Origin: Blastocladiella emersonii ATCC 22665
Lineage: Eukaryota; Fungi; Blastocladiomycota
Direction of reading: 5' to 3'
Length of the DNA: 64,000 nt
Assembly: GCA_025594325.1 (NCBI GenBank)
Contig: JANHCV010000010.1
Coordinates: 1,426,001-1,490,000, forward strand
Shown here piece after piece: positions 59,201 to 64,000 of the stretch. Both the position numbers and the translations under genes were made by a program. Position 1 is the first letter of the stretch, and every line of letters starts with the position of its first letter. The notes under the pieces were generated by a model. That model was not told where the DNA came from. It ran no database searches and worked only from the letters and a program-made list of their open reading frames with translations.

Positions 59201-61000
59201 GGCCATCCGACCGGCACGTCGGGGGGCAACGCCCAGTACACACTGCTTCAAGCGTGGTCGAGCTCAGCAGGTGGTGGAACCCGCACTATATTCCGTAGTG
59301 CCCCTCTCGCGTGTCTGGCGGCTGGTCGCGGCGCGGTCGGTGCGGTGCGGTGCGGTACGACGGACGACGCGGCGAACCGCGAGCCATCAAGGTTACGGCT
59401 ACGGCGGCGACAAGGGTACGCTTCTCACGAGTCGCTGTCGGTGTGATGATCGGGCACCAACTCACACTTGCTGACCCGTGCCGTGTAGAGATCCTCAAGA
59501 TGATCAGCATCAGCACCAGCTTGTGTCGCCGCTCGAGTGCTCAGATCCGGCTCTGACATTGCGACACGCCGAGTAGGTACCGCACATCCGTGACTGCTGC
59601 TGACGACGTCGCGGTCCAACAACTCGCTCACTCACGCTCGTCGGTTTTTTTGCTTGCTCGTGTAGACTTTCTCTCCTCGGCTCGCGGCGCGGTTCGAGTG
59701 GTTCTCCGAGTCCAGTACCTGCACCTGCACTCGCAGCTGCAGCAGGCCAAGACCGTGCGTCGGTTTCTCAGTCGCGAGGGCCGCGTCATGTCGCGCCGAC
59801 GAGCGCCGGCATTCATGATTCCGACGCGCGCGCTGTTCGAGTTCGAGTCCGGCGGATCTACCTCATCGGTGACGGCGGTATCAACAAGGGGTACGTACGC
59901 TCATAGCGCGGACATTAAGAAGCCACCGACCGCCCACTCACTTGCGCGCGCCTGACTGTAGACGGATCGGCGGCACTCGATGACTCGACTCGCGTCAGCA
60001 TCAGCCCACGGTCGCCGTCATTCTCCTCATCGGCCATCGGCATCGAGGCCGTCGTGACGTCCGCCGTGGCCACGGCGTCGATCGTCCGCTCGTGGTGGCT
60101 GGTACGCCTCACGACGGCGCAGTAACGCGGTCGCCCGCCGTGGCCGTGGCCGCGACCGCCCCCTTCGCTCGTTCGCTCGCTCGCCTGCGTGTAGATAGAC
60201 GCCCTGGTGCAGAGCCAGAGTACCCGCCCGGCCCTAGAACCCCTCCCTCGACACGCCCCTTCTTTGCTGCGGGGAAACGAGCTCCCGCGCCCCCCGCCGT
60301 AAGCACCGCCCGCACCTCCCCCACCATGCGCTCGTTCGCCGCGAACGCATGGTGCAGCGGGCCCGCTGTGTGGCGCGGTCAGGCAAAAGGGAGCTCGGCC
60401 GTGCGGAGGCGCTAACGAAGGGCGGCGAACCGCGTGGCGGCGCAAAGAGTACGTGGCTGTGCAACGGCCCATGGATGACCCTCGCGGCGCCCGGCGGTGG
60501 TGGGCGACCACCCCATCAACGTTTGCCCAGCTGTCGGGAATGCGTCGCCCGCTCTGCACCGGTGGGGCACCCGTGTGTTCAAGCCCAAGCGCGAGTCCTC
60601 GCAAGTATCAGCAGCAGCAGGTACGGCGCGGCACCGATGCCCGCGACTCTTGACTGGTCCCCACCGCGTGCTCACCTCGAGACCCTCGCCTGCCATGCGT
60701 GTAGATCATCTTCACCGACATCGTCATCCGTGCGTGCGTGCATGATCTTCGAGTTCCGAGACGACGCGCGCGCTCAGCGACCTGTTCACCTGCTCGTGCC
60801 GCCGACAGCTTCACGTCACGCAGCACCCGAGTCAGGCCGAGGCCATGGCCGTGCTTCGCGGCCCGTTCAAGGTACCGCGTCCTGACTTGTCTCTCGTCTC
60901 GGGGCAAAGGAGCTCACTCTCACGCTCACGCTCACCCTCGCGTAGCTCGATTCACCAAGGTCCCGCAGCGCGCGTGTACCCAACAAGGTCATGCTGTCGT
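56300..61000 (+). pseudogene. Decayed multi-exon gene with repeated exon/intron modules (weak ankyrin and ion-channel-like remnants)
   Basis: Many canonical intron-like units (58185-58248, 58614-58683, 59416-59488). Identical 14-mer GCTGATCCGTGTAG at 57461, 58235 and 58670; identical 28-mer at 58832 and 59271. Exon-like stretches are broken by stops and frameshifts. Boundaries approximate. Confidence 0.5.
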
Positions 61001-64000
61001 ACCGCATCGTCGAGTCGCTCGGCGGCGGCCCTTTGCCTTCAAGAAGATTAAGCGTCCGCGAGTGCCATCAACGAGATCATGGCGGGCACAACGGCTCGTC
61101 TCGGTCTCGGTCTCGTCCTCGGCGGCCAGGTTCGACTGCAGCCACCAGCACACGCCCGCTCGTCCTTCCGCATCGCATCGTGTCGCCGTCGCCGTCGCCG
61201 CCGCTCGCCGCGTTCCGCCTCGGTCGGCCCAGCTCAACTCAAGCTGTCCGTCGTCGTTCGCGTTGCAGTCGGCCCACCATCAATACGCCTCGCCTCGGGT
61301 TGCCGAAGCCCGAGAAGACCAAGGACCAGCCAGCGCACGACGGGTACCGGCGGTCGCGAGTATGGGAAGCGTGTTGAACGACAAATACATTCACCGCGGT
61401 CCATCCGTGACCCTCGTTACTTTGTTCTTGACCCACATGTCAAACAAGTGGTAGTCGGCGCCGTACCGTACCCGAGGTCAGCGAGCAGTTGCACAATGAA
61501 TGTCACGGCGGAACGGGATCAAGCGCGGCTCGCTGCCCGGCGATGCGATGGCAGGCGGCGTCGAGTCGACGAGCGACTGCCAGAGGTCGGGCACGCAGCG
61601 CACGTCGCGGGCGCGCTGCGCGACGAGCGACTCGACAAAAATGCACAAGTGGACTACAAACTCCGAAAAAGTGCGACCCCGTAGACTTGATTGAGTGCGG
61701 CTGGCTCACGATTGCGGACGAACTCGCGCCATCGACCATCACCGCCGGCTTGAGCCGCTCCGATACCCTGAAGCACTGAAGCACAAACCTGTTGACATTC
61801 CCGGGCCGCACGCTAAGTTCTGGCGTATTAACCGGATGCGGTTCGAACGACCGCGCTTGGCTTAGACGCAGAATGGGCATTTAGATACGCGATGCGCCAC
61901 ACACGTGATGGGTCACCATGCGCTTCCGCGTGCCCTTTCGGGATCGCCAGAATACGTCGCCGCACCAACGACCCGGCAGTTGAACCTGGACCGTCTTTGT
62001 CAGCCAGGTTATTCATATCAGCCCCGGAGAGTCGCAGACGCAGGTGGCCGAGGCTTTTCGTTCGGCTCCGAGCCCCTGGATGTGGCGCGTGGCTCAGCAG
62101 GGCCTGGCCGGATCAGCGGTCCGATCACAGCCCCATGAGGCGGCGCCGCCAAAAGAAGGATCCTGAGACTTTGATCCGGGCTTCGACTGTTTTCGCAGCA
62201 TGCGCTCACGGATGCGCCTGGGGCTGGCGCCACGAGAACACAAGCAACGCGACGGCGTATCTGGTGCTCCCGATGGCACGGATGCTGGTGCCCAGCTCGC
62301 CGTACGCGCGGATCCGGAACAATCGACGCGGGCTGCCGTGGCGCTAGAGGGCAATGAGTGGGTCCGCATGCCCATGAAACGGTGTCGCGCATCAGGCCTG
62401 GCATCACGCGTCGTGCTGCGCATGTCATGCGCGTGCAAACGTTCTTGGCCGCGTCCGTTTCTGGACTCGGTACAGAGCACGTCGTCGCTGAAGCGTTTTG
62501 TAGGCCGAGGACGATAAAGAGGCCGCGCCGCCCGCCTCCAATCCTGGCAAGCATGGCACATCCTTAGAGAGCTGGCCTCTTCCATCCACAGCATCTAGAT
62601 CGCCCGCCCGGAGCCCACCTGAGTCTTTCAACCCTCCTCGAACCTCCTACACTCCACCACCGCCTACATCTCTCGCACGCGCTGCTAGACCGTAGAAACC
62701 ATGGTTGCCACCACGAACCTCTCGCTCGCCCTCGTGGCCACGGCGACCCTCGCCCTCCTCGCCGCATCGGCCGCCGATCCTGTGCTCGCCACCTCGGCCG
62801 CCAATGCCCGCGAGATCCCTCTCCCGATCCCCGAGGCCGAGTACATTCGCAAGCCCGCCAACCCCGCCGACGACAAGTTTGTCCTCCGCGCCCACGAGGT
62901 ACGCTTATTCTCGAGCAACTACACCTGTAACACTACGAGACGCTGAACCAACGCACGCACACTCGCGATCGTAGAATGGCGAGTTCATGGGCAGCGCGCT
63001 CGGCGCGACCAAGGCCAAGCAGGCCATGAACATGATGCACCCGATGCCCGTCAAGCGCAACAGCTTCGCGCCCGTCATGACCGTCAAGGCCATGTACGGC
63101 GCCGAGGTGCCTTCGCGCGAGAACGTGTTCGGCAAGCCGGCCATGATGGTCGCGAGCTGCGACCTCAACACCAAGATGGCGTCCGTCAACCTCGACAACT
63201 TCCCGCAGATCACCAAGGTCGAGTGCTCGGCCGAGTCGGTGACGCTCACCTTCAACGACGCGGCGACGGCCGCGGCCGCCAGCGCCGAGTGGGCCAAGAC
63301 GCAGGGCAAGTGGGCCGTGATCGTCGGCGGCGAGTGGAAGTGCGACGGCGCCGAGGAGATTGCCACGCGCGAGGTCACGGCCGCGCCCAAGGCCGCCGCT
63401 GACGGCACCGGCAAGGTCGTCCTGGCCACCAAGAAGATGGCCGTCGAGGACGTGGTTGCCGATTTCTCGCTCAAGGTCGCGCAGCACGACATGCCGTCGT
63501 CGTCGGGCGCGAACCTCGCCCGCCGCGACCTCTCCAACTCGGTCAGCTGGGACCTCGCCGTCAACTGGGACAAGAAGAAGCGCAAGCCGCTGAAGCCGTT
63601 CATCTCGCTGCTCAACACGTCCGTGGCCGAGCTCGGCGCCGACATCTCGCTGCACGGCCGCGCGACGTTCAGCCTCGAGGCCACGGGCAGCATCACGTCG
63701 CTCAAGACGTACCGCGTTGCGCTGTCGGGCGACATTGGCGCCAACCTCGACCTGTTCCTGCGCGCGCACAAGGAGCACAAGGCCGACCTGTTCTCGGTCG
63801 AGGTTTTTGTCCTGCCGCTGACCCCGTTCTACATTCCCGGCATTTTCTCCATGTCGCCCGAGCTGCGCCTCAAGGCGGCCGCCACGTACGAGCTGGCGGC
63901 GTCGCTCAAGCTGTCGGCGGGCCTCGAGCTCAGCTACCCGTTCGTGTGGAGCGTCGAGTCCAAGACGGGCCTGTTCGGCAAGCCGATCGCCAAGGCCGAG
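60489..64000. repeat. Right arm of large inverted repeat (runs off the window end)
   Basis: Reverse complement of 48538-52049. Confidence 0.97.
62701..64000 (+). CDS. Secreted DUF7029/DUF7223-like protein (right copy; exon 62701-62898, exon 62975 to beyond the window end)
   Basis: Same sequence as the 49837-47851 gene over the visible part except synonymous GTT versus GTC at codon 2. Confidence 0.8.

Noticed and set aside
52441-59298. Exact 28-bp repeat as a possible CRISPR-like array
   Set aside because: Only three copies, irregular spacing, one inverted, embedded in longer homologous modules; eukaryotic context with no cas genes.
48538-64000. Inverted arms as transposon TIRs (Maverick/foldback) or LTRs
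   Set aside because: Arms carry a spliced host-type gene; no integrase, polymerase, RT or transposase seen in the spacer; orientation is inverted so not LTRs. The outer ends are not visible, so this is not fully excluded.

Overview
GC-rich eukaryotic genomic DNA with short spliceosomal introns (mostly 55-76 nt, GTACGY/GTGAGT donors, CTGAC/CTAAC branch sites, TAG/CAG acceptors). Gene content is fungal-like; an early-diverging fungus such as Blastocladiomycota is my inference, not proven. From 3.9 to 43.3 kb it is gene-dense, mostly housekeeping genes I rebuilt exon by exon with frames closing correctly: HIRA/HIR1, an SLC18-like MFS transporter, RPL6, TMEM234-like, epoxide hydrolase, LCP5/NGDN, an alpha/beta hydrolase, SLC1/AGPAT, WDR5, NDUFS3, SRP19, CWC2, two large disordered proteins and a kelch membrane protein. 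Accessory or decayed pieces are interspersed: a P-element-transposase-like ORF, an ankyrin-like+LRR gene, a headless PWP1-like fragment, a DUF4470-like gene and pseudogenes. A 1,356-aa GAF/GAF/PAS-like class III cyclase appears catalytically degenerate. The main structural feature is a large inverted duplication. Positions 48538-52049 are the reverse complement of 60489-64000 (coordinate sum 112538, one substitution seen), and the repeat probably continues past the window edge. Each arm carries a secreted-protein gene transcribed outward. The 8.4-kb spacer holds only decayed genes, including a multi-exon pseudogene built of repeated exon+intron modules. Homology continues inward past a 654-bp indel and then drops abruptly. 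Family assignments come from motif recognition only; no database search was run.
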